A stretch of DNA of 60,541 bases, counting the filler, from Thelocarpon superellum (Eukaryota), in NCBI GenBank assembly GCA_026025795.1. It is 2 parts of 2 records of this genome, joined end to end, with 100 filler letters (N's around TTAATTAATTAA, not from the genome) between each part and the next. Parts side by side here need not be neighbours in the genome. Positions count along the whole stretch, not along the records: positions 30,389 to 60,541 come from JAPEUG010000206.1; 1 more part is not named here. One strand, given 5' to 3'. Positions 40,439 through 53,931 of this stretch are shown piece after piece (the stretch's first letter is position 1; the number at the start of each line of letters is the position of its first letter). A program made the position numbers and the translations under genes. The notes under the pieces were generated by a model. That model ran no database searches, was not told the origin of the DNA, and worked only from the letters and a program-made list of their open reading frames with translations.

Positions 40439-43023
40439 GATGAGAGTGTGGGGAACCAAAATGGTGCTTGACGGACTCCGAACAAGACAGACGTCTAACG
40501 GAATTGATGGAGATCGGAGGATCCATGGATTTATAGCCTTGGCCGTGCCCGGGCGCTTCTGGAAATACCCCGGCCGGGCGGAGAGTCTACGAGGACGGTA
40601 CATACCGGCAGGCCTCAGGTAACAGAGGCCGACCGCGCCTTTCCCGAAGTATCCCGCCCTTCTCGTGCACAGCTTCCAAACGTTTGCTGTCAGCTCGACC
40701 GTCGCTTTCAAATGCTGGTCATTCTCATGAATGCATCCACGTATCACATCGACGACAGGGATCGTGTGGCGTGGTGGCGTCGCGGCCATTACCGGACCCG
40801 CTTCCCGCGGAAGACCCCTCACGCTTTTGCGCGGTGGGCCGGGTAGGGACCCTGCGACCGGGTACGGAGCAAGGTCCACCACGCTCCAACGCAGGCCGAC
40901 CCAGGATCGTCTTTGCGGCGGCTGGCGTGCTCCCCGTCCGAAAAGACGGACGAAGGCCGCGAGCCATGATGGGACCGGTGGACACCCCCCCCTGCTCTTT
41001 TGGGCCCCAACGGAGCTGGTCCATTGTGACGGCGGCCGTCCTTCGTAGCTTCTTTCCAGCGCGCCGGGACCGAAGGCTAACGCGCCGACGCCGATCGGCA
41101 AAGCGATGATCGGGCATCCGCCTGGTGCGCCTCAACCACCGAGCCTGACCTTGCGCCAACCAGGCCCGCTCGGCCGTTCAGCCCACGTCGACTGCGGCCA
41201 GTCGATGTGCAGTGGCCTAGTCGGCACACCAAGATGAATCGTTATAATGCTCCGTACCGCGGGCGCCGTGCCCCTTCGAAAATCGGTCGTGGAGCCCAAG
41301 ATTGGCGGCCTCCCCACACCGCCCAACTCTCATGGTCGTGCACGAGAGAAGAGGTAGATCAGGCCGACGGACCGCCCGCCCGCCAGCCAGATGATGTGTC
41401 CCTGGCGCCATGGTCACCCAATGATGCCCGTCGAGACGCTGGATCCACCGACTCGCCGAGGCAGGCCACGTCGAGTCTGTGTCACGCCAGCTGCATCTCC
41501 TATGCTTCGCTAACCCATCCAGCTCTCTCGCGCCGCTGACCTGTCACTTTGCCGGAGCACTCCTAATTTTGGTGGAGACCTCCTGGACATTCGGAATCAC
41601 GAAGCGCAAGCCCACCACGATGCCTGTGATCGCGTAAGGAGGATCACCGGCTAAGCCGTGGGCTGTGGTTTCGACGAACGGTCGGCAAGTGAAGTCTGCA
41701 ACGCGCCCGGCATGTCCCGGGCAGTGCAAGATGTGCCGTAGAGTCGCGACGAGCACTGGCTGGCGAAGACCACTGGCTGTTCAGGCCAATCTACAATCCT
41801 TGGACCGCGATCCACGCGTCTGATTCGTCGGCTCCCTCGCCCGACCGTCGTCGTTGGACATATCTGCCGCGGGGGCCGCGAGCGAGCGACGTAGAAACCC
41901 TCGCTGCCTTGGCCGGGGGCTGCTTCTCGACGACCCTCCACCAGAAATGCCTGGTTCATGTCAGGCGACGACCCCCTGTGGTCGTCACAAGCAAGCAAGC
42001 TCCCCACGAGCGGCCGAGTGAGTGTGGTGAGCAAGCTCGCATGTAGGAGTCGCCGTGACCATGCGGACCTTGCTTGCATGGCGTGCACCTGGCCCGATGC
42101 ATGTGCAGGCTGATGATATCGGAGACGGCGGTGGCGGCAGTGTCGGCGCCGGGGGGAAAGGGAGGAGGGGAAATCTCAGCCTGGGCCGCTGGTTGCGCGT
42201 TGATGATGCCGGGAGTCAAGCGTCCTGCCAGCCATCCATCCATCCATCCATCCATCCACCACACCATCCATTACGCCGCCTGTTCCGCTCGATGGGACAA
42301 CGAATACCTCAACCGGGTTACACATATCGTGTGTTGCGTGACACGGACGCGGGCATCAACGTCGACGCGGTCGGGTGGCTCATGCAAGGGCGAAGGCTAC
42401 GGACGTCATACCAGTGACGGGCAAGCGGAGGAGAGGCCAATGGAGGAGATCGGGTGATCAAGAGGCTATCCTACTATTACTATGACTAGTCCACCAGCCC
42501 CGCACCCTTTGGGCCCAGGGGCATACCGAGATCGAGGGTGGGGAATAGGAGAAGCGGCGTCAATGACACAAGAGAGAAGAGCCGGCAGCGGTCGTGGGGG
42601 GGGCCGAGGCCAAAAGGTGTTATGTACAGGTGAATTTGATAACGCTTGCGAGATCCTGCGCGCCCGCGTCGTGCCGACAAGGCCACGACCACGGCCGCAG
42701 CAACCTGGCGTCTCCTCTTCCACCTCCCGTCCGTTGAGGGTACCAAGCAAGAAATCGTCGTCTCGCGGCCATGTCCGGACATTATGCAATATATATCGAG
42801 ATCGATCCTGGTCGGAAAAGGCGTGGACAGCATCCGCGACGCTATGTAGGATAGGTATGGAAACGAAGACACGTCCCGAGGGTCGACGGTGAAACGTCCA
42901 AAGGAGTCATGCGGAGGGCATGGCCCCGGGTATAAAGTACAGGCGCTAGTGGAAGAAGAGTGACGCGTGAGTATGTACGCCGCGATGGTGACTGAGGAAC
43001 GGAGGAGTGTGGTGTGAGGCGGC

Positions 43024-45477
43024 TTAGTTCCATCCGAGCGAATTCTCCGCCATCATCGGCGCCGAAATCTGTTGTGTGCGCGCGCTGTTGCCGGCGCTTC
43101 GCCCGCTGCCGCGTGAGCCACGTCCGTCCTCAGGCGAGGTCCGTCCGCCCGAGACGGGAGTGTCGCGCCCGCCCGACATGAGCGCACCGCCCATCAGGGC
43201 CCCACTTGGGTCGCCATCGGTGCTACCAGAGACAGAGCTTGCTCGTGCCCGCCGCAACTTCCGCTGCTTGTAGCGTCGTGCGACGAAGAACATGGTCGCC
43301 CCATACACGGCGGCTAGACCCACGACACCGACGCCGAAGCCGATGCTCGTGCCCTTGACCGACGACGAGCCCGAGCTGCCGCCCAACGGCGATCCATCCG
43401 CGCCCGGCGCCGCAGCTCCACCAGGGGTTCCGTCGCCACCGGCCGCTCCCGAGTATCCGAGCGGGCCCCGCGCGAGGATAGGCCAACTCGGGTTGATCAT
43501 CAACATGAGCGTGTTGACACTCGGATTCGTACAATGGTAGATGGGCGACGTGGGCGTGTGCAGCGCCAACTCGAGCTGGTTCGGCAGATCGCTGGGAATG
43601 TAGGCGAACGCGAGCGTCGTGATGAAACCGAGTTGCGCTTGCGTGTCGGCCGGCTGAAGTGACTGCATCACCACCTGGCTCAGGGGGATCCCGACACCCG
43701 TGCTGACGCTGGAGCCTGGTGAGAGACCCTGCGCGATGCCCTGGGGCAAGAACTCGAAGATCTGCGCCACCGACACGGGGTTCGACACGACGAATTTGTA
43801 GTTGAGCGGGTATTGGAATCCGATCTGAATGAGCGTCGTGTTGGGGGGCTGATCGGGCACGCCACCACCGGGCGTGATGACTTTGGGATAGCTCGTCGGG
43901 ATACCCGTCGCCGTCGCCGTGACCGAGGTCGAGAACCCATCGGCCGACGAGATCGACGGCTGCACAAGGATTGACGTCGGCACTGCCGCTGCCGTGGACG
44001 TGTCCGTCGCCGTCGGGAGGATCGTGTGAGGCGCGCTGCCAGCGGCCGTGCTGTCGATGCTGTCCGTCGACGTCGGCGTGACGCCAGCGGAGAGAAGCGC
44101 ATCAGATGCACTGAGCGACGAAGAGTCCGTCCTGCTCGCGCCATCGGTCGAGATGATGGATCCACTAGCATCCGTCGAGAGCGCCGAGGCGCCGGTAAGC
44201 GTTCCGGTCACGCTGCCGGTTGAGCCCGTCGACACGCCGGACGTGCCGATCAGACCAGATTCCGAGGGCGTTGCGGTCACGTCAGTGCCGGTCGCGCCGG
44301 AGGTGGTCCCCGTGGGCAGCACGGTGCCACTGATGCTGGCCGAATCCGTTGAGATGGCAACCGTGCCAGAGCCAACGACCGAGGAACCGACGCTGGAGGC
44401 GCTTGACGTGCCCGATGGGGGTGGGACGGTGGAGGCGACTGTAGGGGTAGTGCCGCTCTCCGTGCCCGTGTTGACATCGAGTGGCGGCGGGATCAAAGAA
44501 CTCTCAAGCGAAGACGTTGGCAGAAGGGGTGCGTTCGACGAGGTGATTGATGGAATCACGGCGGGCGGGGCCGATGTAGATGGTGTTGTCGTAGGACCGG
44601 TGTCGCTTGGCGTCACGGAGGGGATGACATCGGGAACCACTGATGGCGCTGAGCTTGAAGCTGGTGGCGACGGCGCCGCGGTATCCGTCGGAGCCGTCGT
44701 AGCAGTGGGGGTTGGTGTTGGGGTGTTTGAGGGAGGGAGAGGGTCCGTTGGCGTCGTTGGCGTCGTTGGTGTGGTTGGCGTCGTTGGCGTCGTTGGCCCT
44801 GGTGCGTTCGAATCCACAGGGGCAGTGGTGTCCGTCGGAGCACTCCCGTCCACCGGGGGGGACGGTGATAGTGAGGACGTGTCAGTTGGGGTGGGCGCCG
44901 GGTCACTTGAGGGCGCCGGGTCACTTGAGGGCGCCGGATCACTCGAAGGCCCCGGATCTGATGTCGGTGCGGAGGCGACACCAAAGGTCCCACTCGAGTC
45001 GGTTGGAGTGGGAGTAGGTGTGGGTTTGGCGTCTCCATCGGTAGGAGTCGATGAGAGAAGTAGTCCTTGTGGGTCAAAGACGATCGCCGACGATGGGGCG
45101 GACGTCGCTGATTGGGAGACTGCATCACCAGCTTCGGGAGTGGCGACCGTTGGTTGAACCACGACTGCAGGGGAAGCCCCAGTAGATGCTCCAGTCGTCG
45201 CCGCCGGCGGTGGCGTGCTTGCCGCTGCCGCCTCACTCAGGCTGCTGAGGAAATCGTTCAGGTCTTGACTCGAGGCTGATGTTGAGTCGGCCGTTGCTGC
45301 TGCCGGGGCCGGCGCCGAGGCATTGACCACAACCCGTTCTGCCAGGGCACGTCCGAAGAAAATCTTGGGCTTGTCTTCGACCGATGGCTGAGGAAGTGCG
45401 TCTGCGAATGAGCCAACTGGTCCAATGGTAGAGACCAGTGAAAGGCTGGTCGCCCAAAGGACTGTTGCGGTCCGCAT
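43024..45477 (-). CDS. MSB2: Signalling mucin Msb2, 817 aa
   Basis: Signal peptide, long S/T/P mucin region, HMH domain TLIQIGFQYPLNYKFVVSNPVSVAQIFEFLP, TM followed by RRYK, C-terminus ISAPMMAENSLGWN. Confidence 0.95.
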   Translation of the reverse strand: MRTATVLWATSLSLVSTIGPVGSFADALPQPSVEDKPKIFFGRALAERVVVNASAPAPAAATADSTSASSQDLNDFLSSLSEAAAASTPPPAATTGASTGASPAVVVQPTVATPEAGDAVSQSATSAPSSAIVFDPQGLLLSSTPTDGDAKPTPTPTPTDSSGTFGVASAPTSDPGPSSDPAPSSDPAPSSDPAPTPTDTSSLSPSPPVDGSAPTDTTAPVDSNAPGPTTPTTPTTPTTPTTPTDPLPPSNTPTPTPTATTAPTDTAAPSPPASSSAPSVVPDVIPSVTPSDTGPTTTPSTSAPPAVIPSITSSNAPLLPTSSLESSLIPPPLDVNTGTESGTTPTVASTVPPPSGTSSASSVGSSVVGSGTVAISTDSASISGTVLPTGTTSGATGTDVTATPSESGLIGTSGVSTGSTGSVTGTLTGASALSTDASGSIISTDGASRTDSSSLSASDALLSAGVTPTSTDSIDSTAAGSAPHTILPTATDTSTAAAVPTSILVQPSISSADGFSTSVTATATGIPTSYPKVITPGGGVPDQPPNTTLIQIGFQYPLNYKFVVSNPVSVAQIFEFLPQGIAQGLSPGSSVSTGVGIPLSQVVMQSLQPADTQAQLGFITTLAFAYIPSDLPNQLELALHTPTSPIYHCTNPSVNTLMLMINPSWPILARGPLGYSGAAGGDGTPGGAAAPGADGSPLGGSSGSSSVKGTSIGFGVGVVGLAAVYGATMFFVARRYKQRKLRRARASSVSGSTDGDPSGALMGGALMSGGRDTPVSGGRTSPEDGRGSRGSGRSAGNSARTQQISAPMMAENSLGWN
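44745..44955 (-). repeat. Intragenic tandem repeats in MSB2: 9-bp (PTT)n and 18-bp (PSSDPA)n
   Basis: GTTGGCGTC x ~5; GGGCGCCGGGTCACTTGA x ~3. Confidence 0.85.
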
Positions 45478-48400
45478 GTTTGTGGGATGATGTTGTCAAA
45501 TCGATGTTTCAACGTTTTCGTTGTTTGGTTTGGATGGCACGAATCTATCTGTCATGGCCAAACATCAATATCAGTCCCCAGCATCGAGAGGTGGGGACAT
45601 ACGGAGAGCGCGTCTCGTACAAGGGAGTGTGTTGGGGCCTGTTGGAAGACGATGGAAGGACTGATACCAATGCATTAGCCAACATGTTTCTTCGGACGAC
45701 GGGCCGAATGCGACCATGACGCTCTCGGAGTTGCCATGTCGCAACTACGCCGCGGGAATAATCTCAGAGTACGCTGGCGGGCGGGTGACTCACATGTACT
45801 GTCCGAGGGGCGTCCCAAATCAGTTGGAGGGGAGGTTCCAAAAGAGTGTGGACGGACAAGTCGACCGTCAAGAAAGCCACGTCGGTCAAAATCAATGACC
45901 TGTGCTCTGCTACAGCCAGCCTGGAGGAGAGGGTGTGAAAGTCAAGTTGAAGCGTTAGGCCTGATGGCGTGCAGGAACGTGGGCTTGACCGGTTCAGACA
46001 GTTAAGTCGACCAGGCCAGGGGACGGTTCGGGGGTTTGAAAACAAAGAAACCCGCCGCGGGAGCTTGGACTCCGTCTCAGCCTGGATGCGATCCACCAAC
46101 GTTGGTCCACGAGCGCTCGGCCCGGGAGCGTCGTCCGGTTGAAGATCCGGTGGCACGCGTTGAGATTGAAGGTACGCCGGGTCGGACTTTGTCACCTGGC
46201 GTCGCGAGATCTGTGGACGGCGGAGGCGACGGCGGCGGTCCTTTAGATCTTTCCGATTGACCCGCGCGTGGCGAAGGGGGAGATGAGCGTCGTACAAGGA
46301 GTGTGGTGGCTCGCGATCGAGGCCGAAGGAAGGAATGTGGTCGGCGAGGCGCGAGAAGGTGCCGGTCGCCGAGGAAGTTGGGGAGTAGAGGGATGGAGGA
46401 TGAAATCTTGTCGCGCTCCACGCCGTTGATACTACGCGTGAGGCCGTCTGCTGGGCTGCGACCGGTCGACGAGGATTGACTGCGCCGGACGAAGCATGAG
46501 GTCGGTGCCAGGGAGCAGGGCGGAGAGCGAGGGTGGAGGCTGAGGGTGAGAAGAGGTGGAGAGAAGGACGGGTAGAAGGGAGGCAGCGCAGACGGGCGGC
46601 GGCGGCGACAAGCGGACGAGGCCAGAAGCGAGAGCGTGAAAGCGTAAAGCGACCGTTCGGCGTGGGCGAGACAGAACCACCAGCCAAGACGGGAACGCGA
46701 GCGAGCCCGACAACCAGAAGGGAGCGAGAGGGCTCGGGAGGGAAGCCCGTAACTTCTGCAGCGTCGCTCTGTGGGTGTGGGTGGGCGGGCATGCGTGGGT
46801 GCGTGTGTGCCTGTGTCGGTGCGCAGGCCGGGTGGAAATTAGCAGCGATCGATCCGTTCGCTCGCCCGTCGAGGCGCGCGCAATGCGCCGAAGCCCGCCA
46901 AGCTCGAAAAATAGAGCAGCCCCGACCACAACTACGTTATCGGTTCCCATCCTCGCCCTGCTACATGCCTCCGTTCCTGTGCCTTCCCACCTCCGTCCTA
47001 CCTCCGTCCCTACGAAGCTCTAGGTGCCGGTCTACAGATTGCGGCCCACGGCGTGGCCCACGGCGTGGCCACCCACCCTCTGACCAGACGCGCGAGAGTG
47101 GCGGGTGACTTGTTCGTCTCGCGGGTGGCGGACTGCATATCCATGACCGACGGATTCAAACACGCTGCAACGGTGTCGCGGGATCTTCCTGGGCGCCAGA
47201 AGATCGTCGCGGTCGAGCGGTCTGCATCCTCTGCAGTAGCACCCATATGATCGAGCAGGATGCATGTCTGCCCCGTTCCACGGATATGGTGACAAAAGAC
47301 GTGGGCCGATCGGCTAGTTTAGCTGCACCCGCGGATTGTCGGGTTCAGGACACGAATCAAAAAATAGGTGCAAGACAGGTACCAGCCGCAGGTCGATGGT
47401 GGGTGCAGCTTAGGGCGGCCAGGCACCAAGCTCTACAACGGCTGGCGTGTCGCCCGAAGGATGGGTGATAAAGGTACAGGGTGAGGACTAGTGCGAGTAG
47501 TGCTCGTACTACGACTCCGACTTGCAATCGTGGGTATGAAGCGAAGCGTGCGCGCACGGGTGCACCCCGCCTGGCGCAGCAAGCTACGGTGGGCCATTCC
47601 CCTTCGGACGTGCTGTGTCTAGAAAAGTACCGCTACGAGAGGGGTGCTCAATATTATGAGCTGGTAGCTGCATGCCCACTCGCCCGACCCGAACTCTCGG
47701 CGTACGAGGCTAATTGGTGAACCCATCCCCAGTAGTTGCTGCAGCTCCCACATCAGCGCACCCGTTCTCCCCTCCCCGAGTCCGGATGGCTTCACCTCCA
47801 CCTTTGGGGGCGCTCCGTGGGTGTCACCATGACCGTCAATACACACACGAGACGCCTCATCTTGGTGTCAAGCACCGTACCGACCTGGGAGGTGTGCTAG
47901 CTATTCCCGCCGAAAAACAACACCAACGGATCGTGGAGGCACCGGGGTCGCTGACCGACCGGGGATTCGGCCACCTGCAATCTCGCCGAGGCGTCAGAGC
48001 CCCTTGGCCTCGCCGTGTCAATCTCGCCGGCCCTACTGGGTAGGGAGTACGATAGGCGGGACCGGACTGAATATGTGTCGGAGTCGATCCGAGTCGGAAA
48101 CAGGTCCAGCATTGGTGAGTACAGGCATGGGGTACCCGTGCTTTCTCGCTCGCCGTAGAAGTTGCACCCAAGTATGACTTGAGCATGTGCGGGTATCCTT
48201 CCACAGTTTCTCCAGGCACGAGTTCCTTGTGCCTAGATGAGACACCAGAGGTCCCTCTCTGGGCCTGGATCGGGAGGGCCAGTGACGAACGCAGAGGCAA
48301 GTCTAGCCAGGTACCAGCGTTCCGGGCTAGCGGCGGGAAGCTGCTTTTGCACGGCTTGGAGGACGTGGAAACAACTAAGTCCGGTGGTGCCAGAGCTAGG

Positions 48401-51173
48401 CAAACGTGCCGTATCAGGAGACGGCGCAGGTCCGACCGTAGACCAATCAACGACGCGATTGAAATTACCCCCCTGCTCACTAGCAGTAGCGCGCGCCGCA
48501 ACTCATGCTGCCGCGCCGCTTCCCCCGCCTTGTTCGACGGCTGTCTGTCGGATTGGCGAGTTACTCTCGGTCGCGTCCACAATCAGAACATCAGGCGAGA
48601 CGAAAATCTCGTCCGTCCCTCTGCATGGTTATCAGGCCGGGGAGGGTTCAGTCGACTGAACAGTCAATTGTTTCTTCTGTCCGCTGCTCACGACCTTGCA
48701 GTGGCGCATATGCTGCGCCAACTGGGTGACGACGCCAGCATGAAGAAGGATGGAGCCACCGGTGCGTTACTCGTACTTGCTTATCATAGGCGACCCGCAT
48801 AGTTCGCCGCCCTTTGCGAGCTGTGGTGGGTGGCCCTGCCCCTCGCCTGCGGTCGGGAGGAATCTCGGCCCCTCGTGACGCGTGCGCGCACGCAATGACG
48901 GGGAGTAGCGGATGGCCATGGCGAGCCATCCGAGGGTAGGCGTGTGGGTGCGAGAGCGTTGCCGTCGCCCACCACGGGCGTCGGAGCGAGCTCGCAAGAG
49001 TACGAGTAACCTATTGGAAGCGGCAGCCACGGCAATTCTGTGGTCGTCCTGGACACGGAATCGGCGCGGTGGCGGAGATCCTAATATCCTGGCGAATCAG
49101 CCTCTACGCCCAGGAGGACCTCCGTGCCTTCTGCCACCGGCTACTACTACGGAGCGGTAGGGTCCGAACAGCCTTTGTTCGGCGTATCGTGCGTTGGGCA
49201 CCCCAAGCCGAGGCCGCGGCGGGCGGGGGCTGCACATTCGACAGCCTTGTCGTGCCGTGTGGTACCTGGGCTAGGAACCCGGCTTGACCTTTGGCTAATC
49301 CATCGCCGCAGGCTAGTCGGCCTCCTTTGCATTGGTGCCAACGCCACGGCTACCACGTTTTCCGGTTTAGCCAGTCAGATCCCTCGCCCAATCCCCCTCT
49401 CGTTGGACCATCCCGCGCAATAATATCCATCGTATGTCTGTCTGCGTAGCGTGACTTTCGTGCAATGGCGCACCCCGTCAGGCCCGTCAGGTCCCGTGCC
49501 AAAGGGCTGAGGCTTGACAACCACCACAAATCGGCCTCGTCGATCATCCGGGCTAGAATCACGCCGGAAGCACGTCGCCAGAAGTTCTTCCAGATAGATT
49601 TGCGCCACCCATTCTGTTCGGGATGGGTAATAGGCACGAGACCATCGCGCACATTAGATGACGAATCGATAGGCGCGGGTCATTGCGACTGCTCACGGGA
49701 TAGCCGTAATTGTCACTTCTCCCGCTGAATCAGACAAACACTTGCGGCGGCGCGGCGGCCAAGGAAGACCAGATTGGGAGCGTCGCGATTGGAATACCGC
49801 GGCCAACGCAGGGGGTGACAGAGCAGCTGGGATAGTCCATCGACTGAAACGGCGACAGCGTAACGTTTCCCCGTCCGTGGGGAGCATGGGCAAGTCGACC
49901 ACCTAAAACTAGAGATTTAGGGTGCTATGGCCAGCCTCGTATCTAAGCGCCAATATAAAGCTGAATAATATTCAAGGATCGTCTTCTACGTAGGTAATCG
50001 AAACAAGCCGATCTTCTTGGGGGGACCCCCCCCCCGGGGGAGGCTTACGAGTACTCGAGAGGTTCTTGTAAAGCCATGAGGCGGGAGGGCGAACAATAGC
50101 CAGAAGTTCTGTCCATACGAGTACACGGCTCAAGGCAACTATATCAACCCCTTAAGACAGGCGATAGGGGACCGCAAGGTGTGGCGTCTGCAATAATGGT
50201 CCACTCATCGCGGCAGCACCCCTGATCCGAAGCCCTTCTCTGACATCGAGTTCTTCTCCACAGATTTTCTTTATCTTAGAGCGATTCGGATCATCCGCGG
50301 TCTGCAGAAATAGCACGGGACAGGGCAACGATAAGCTGCGTCGCTGTATGTATTATTCTTTGTAGTCAGCCTCGATATCAATGAGCGTGCCAGCATCTGC
50401 TTCCCTCTTGGCTACACTGACTACGTGGCAATGTTGGTGCTTATTTACACCTGACAGAGATGTAGGAAGGATCTGTGAGGTCTTTCTTCGAGAATTGTGT
50501 CCCCAGTTGACATGCGTTAAAAGTGTTTCGATTCATTTTATTAATCTTCGAAATCCTCAAATGTCGGAGACGGGAAGAGATATTGTGAGAAACATCCTTG
50601 TGGAAAAGACGATCCACAAGCAATATCAGGGTAAATCCTGGGCAGAAACACCATGATCATCGACATTCATTTCGAGTTCACGAAGGCAACCCACCACGAC
50701 TAGATTTCAATATAATCATGTAAGTGTAAGCGCGAGCTCCTTGCTCACCAGGTGGCTAGACAGGAGCACTGCCTCTCAATTGAGCATATTTTGTCACGTC
50801 GCAAAGAGTCTATACGAGTTTCAAAAGTACCTGCTATCTATTCCTATCAGATTAGGACTGGGCTTGGTCATAGATTGATCTTTATCTCCTGGATGTTGTG
50901 CGAATTATCGAGACGCCGGGCAGCCCAACGTATGATGTTTGTTGATCGAATACCATTCAGCAGCCGAGGTTCAGGTCACGAGCACGGCAAGTTCCGCTCA
51001 ACCAACACCGGATACTGGATATGCGTATCAGACTATCAAGGTGGTGATTGACGGGTCCCTTCGACCAGCTATTCCGCGACGGGTGCTGCCTGGCCACCAA
51101 GAATGGGCTGTACGTGGGTGCAGAAGCCGTTCCGAGTCGTAACGTACATCATGTCCCGTTCTCGTCGCCAGTC

Positions 51174-53135
51174 ATGATACGCCCTGGCTGGGCACCTGCC
51201 CACTTCTGCAAGCTCTTACCAGCTTCCGCTGCTTCCTCTGCATCCTCTGCTGGTCGTGCGTCCATCGCTTTGAACATCAGTATCTTCCCGCGTTACTCGA
51301 TCTGGACCGAGTCGTTGAGTGTACGAAGGCCGCGACTGCATCATGACGCGGCGCGCAGCTACAAGTTAGGGTCATCGGCGCGGTTGCCCGAAGCGACACC
51401 TTGCACAAGGCATCGGGCGCCTGCCATACGGCGAATGGGGACGGCAAGAACGGGTGAGCTCCTACACGATGATTTCCATCGAATCTCGGCCTCCTCTGAG
51501 GTTTCAGTGGAGATGCGCTGACAAGTGCTACGACGATACCCTCAGAACACGGACCGATCCAAGAATATGATGCCCGTGTAGCTGCTGGATTGCTGAGAGA
51601 TGACGCGCATCAACGAGGCGAGCATGCTCCATAGAGCCCGGACAAGTTTCGGTCTTTGACGTGTGCATCGCAGGCATCGTACAGAGCCTCCAGCATCTGC
51701 ACGAGGAGCTAGGCGATTACCGCGCTCCTGATGTTATCCATCCTGATATTGAATCGCTCAAGCCCCCTTCTTCGTCCTTTCTGGGCGGACTTTTTCATCC
51801 ACGGCCACCCAAGCCGAGTAGCAGGATTCCCGATAGCCTTCCTAAGGGACTCTATCTATTCGGAGACGTGGGGAGCGGTAAGACCATGCTAATGGACATG
51901 TTCTATGACACGTTGCCCGAGAACATCGCATCTAAAACGCGGATCCACTTTCACAACTTTATGCAGGACGTGCACAAGCGGCTCCATGCCATGAAGGTGG
52001 CACATGGGATTGACTTTGACGCCATCCCCTTCGTGGCGGCGGACATCGCGCAGCAAGGCAACGTGCTCTGCTTCGATGAGTTTCAATGTACGGACGTGGT
52101 AGACGCCATGATCCTGCGAAGGTTCTCCTACCATTGACATCGGCCATGACGGGGCTCTGACCGTGAGAAGGCTGCTGCAATCATTGATGTCCCACGGAGT
52201 GGTTGTGGTGACCACGTCGAACCGCCACCCCGACGACTTGTACAAAAATGGGATCCAACGCGAGTCCTTCCTTCCTTGCATCGCCTTGCTCAAGACGCGC
52301 TTGCACGTCATCAACCTCGCTTCTCCCACGGATTATCGTAAGCTTCCACGACCACCGTCGGGCGTATATCATTCGCCACTTGACCGCGCGGCCGCGGCCC
52401 ATGCGGAGAAGTGGTTTGCCTTTCTTGGGGACCCTGAACATGACCCCCCCCACGCTGCCACCCACCGTATTTGGGGCCGAGAGATCCAGGTACCCAAAGC
52501 TAGCGGAAGCGCGGCCATGTTCACCTTTGATGACTTGATGGGAAGGCCGACGGGCGCGGCGGACTACTTGGAGCTAATGAGGTCTTACGAGTCCTTCATC
52601 GTCACGAGCGTCCCCGCCATGTCTTTTCGGGAGCGAGACCTCGCACGGAGGTTCATCACTTTCATTGACGCCGTATACGAGAGTCGGGTCTGTCGCAACG
52701 CTTCATCAAGTCACCTTTCTCGGGGCTGACAGACTCTAGGCCAAACTCGTCCTCACCACCGCGGTCCCCTTGGCCCAGCTCTTTATGTCCCGTGAGGATA
52801 TGCACAAGGCCATCCAACACGCCAACAAGACCGGAGCGATCAAAGAGGACGAACACGCGGACGTGGATGACACCATGCGTCTCCTGATGGACGACCTGAG
52901 CATGAACATGGACACATTGAAGCAGAGCAGTATCTTCACCGGTGACGAAGAGCGTTTTGCTTTTGCGCGGGCCCTCAGTCGGCTCAGCGAGATGGGGAGC
53001 CAGGAATGGGTCGAGCGTGGCATGGGGTTAGAGAAAGATGGTGGGAAGGCGGAGAGGGAGGGATGGCAACGCGTTCGCAGCAAGTGGAGGGAAGATTCGG
53101 ACGATTCGGCCGCTTCGGCCGCCGCAACCGTATGA
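51174..53135 (+). CDS. AFG1: Mitochondrial AFG1/LACE1-family AAA+ ATPase, ~570 aa
   Basis: Exons 51174-51453, 51546-51617, 51674-52121, 52171-52687, 52740-53135, 1713 nt in total; intron 2 is GC-AG. PKGLYLFGDVGSGKTMLMD, RIHFHNFM, LCFDEFQCTDVVDAMILRR, TSNRHPDDLYKNGIQR, ARRFITFIDAVYE, EERFAFARALSRL. The start codon is less certain. Confidence 0.93.
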
Positions 53136-53549
53136 CTTGTGACGCCGAGCTTGCCACGGCTGGTGCCGCTGGCTTTGCGGGCGAGAAGCATCATCACAAT
53201 GAAGTTGGCGTGACTGGTGCGTGACACTCTTGTTCTTGATTGAGTGTTTCCTACCGAGACTGACCGATGCTTTTGGTACAGGCAACGGGAATCCCAATTT
53301 CTGATCTGGTCTCTCTGGTCGTCGTTGAACCCGTTTGAGCAGGGTTCGAAGCCGAGGATGAAAGGAACGCAATGGATCGATCATTAATACCTCTCTGCGA
53401 ACTGCCGATGTACCTGCTACCTGCGTATTTACGTCTTTACCTAATCATTTGATTGCATGATTGGATGCGTTGATGCACGGCGTCTCGGAGAGGTAGAGGT
53501 CGTCTAACTAAGACAGTAGTACTGTCCATAAGATCGGTACCAGTAGTAG

Positions 53550-53909
53550 AATGGTGATGATGATGATGGTGATGATGATGATGATGATGATAATGGTGAT
53601 GGTGATGATAATGGTGATGGTGATGATGGACAGACGCTTGAACGGTCAGATGATGGATCTATGGACAATAGGACACACAAATGATGGTATGAAAGACGTA
53701 CTTGGCAAAAGTCTCGAAATCCATACCGATGTTTTCCGTAGTTCCACGAAGAAGTTTCAGCTTGACCTACCACCATCTCCACTCTCTCGCTCTCGCTCTC
53801 GCTCTCGCTCTCGCTCTCGCTCTCGACCTTTGTCTCTTCTAAAGAAGAAGAAGAAGAAGAAGAAGAAGAAGAAGAAGAAGAAGAAGAAGAAGAAGAAGAA
53901 GAAGAAGAG
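53550..53909. repeat. Microsatellite cluster: (GAT/GGT)n 53550-53628, (TCGCTC)n ~53783-53825, (AAG)n ~53842-53907
   Basis: Directly visible. Confidence 0.95.
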
Positions 53910-53931
53910 AGGACGAAAAGGGGTTCTCATT

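Noticed and set aside
40298..41101. 267-aa minus-strand ORF
   Set aside because: Only its last ~46 codons are real (FKBP exon 1); the upstream part has no recognisable coding features.
44048..45157. 369-aa + strand ORF, and similar long antisense ORFs over RAV1, PRP3, RPA190 and the protease
   Set aside because: Shadows of GC-rich coding sequence on the opposite strand; no motifs of their own.
45764..46792. 342-aa minus-strand ORF upstream of MSB2
   Set aside because: Low-complexity R/P/S composition with no family motif; more likely leader or promoter. A uORF cannot be excluded.
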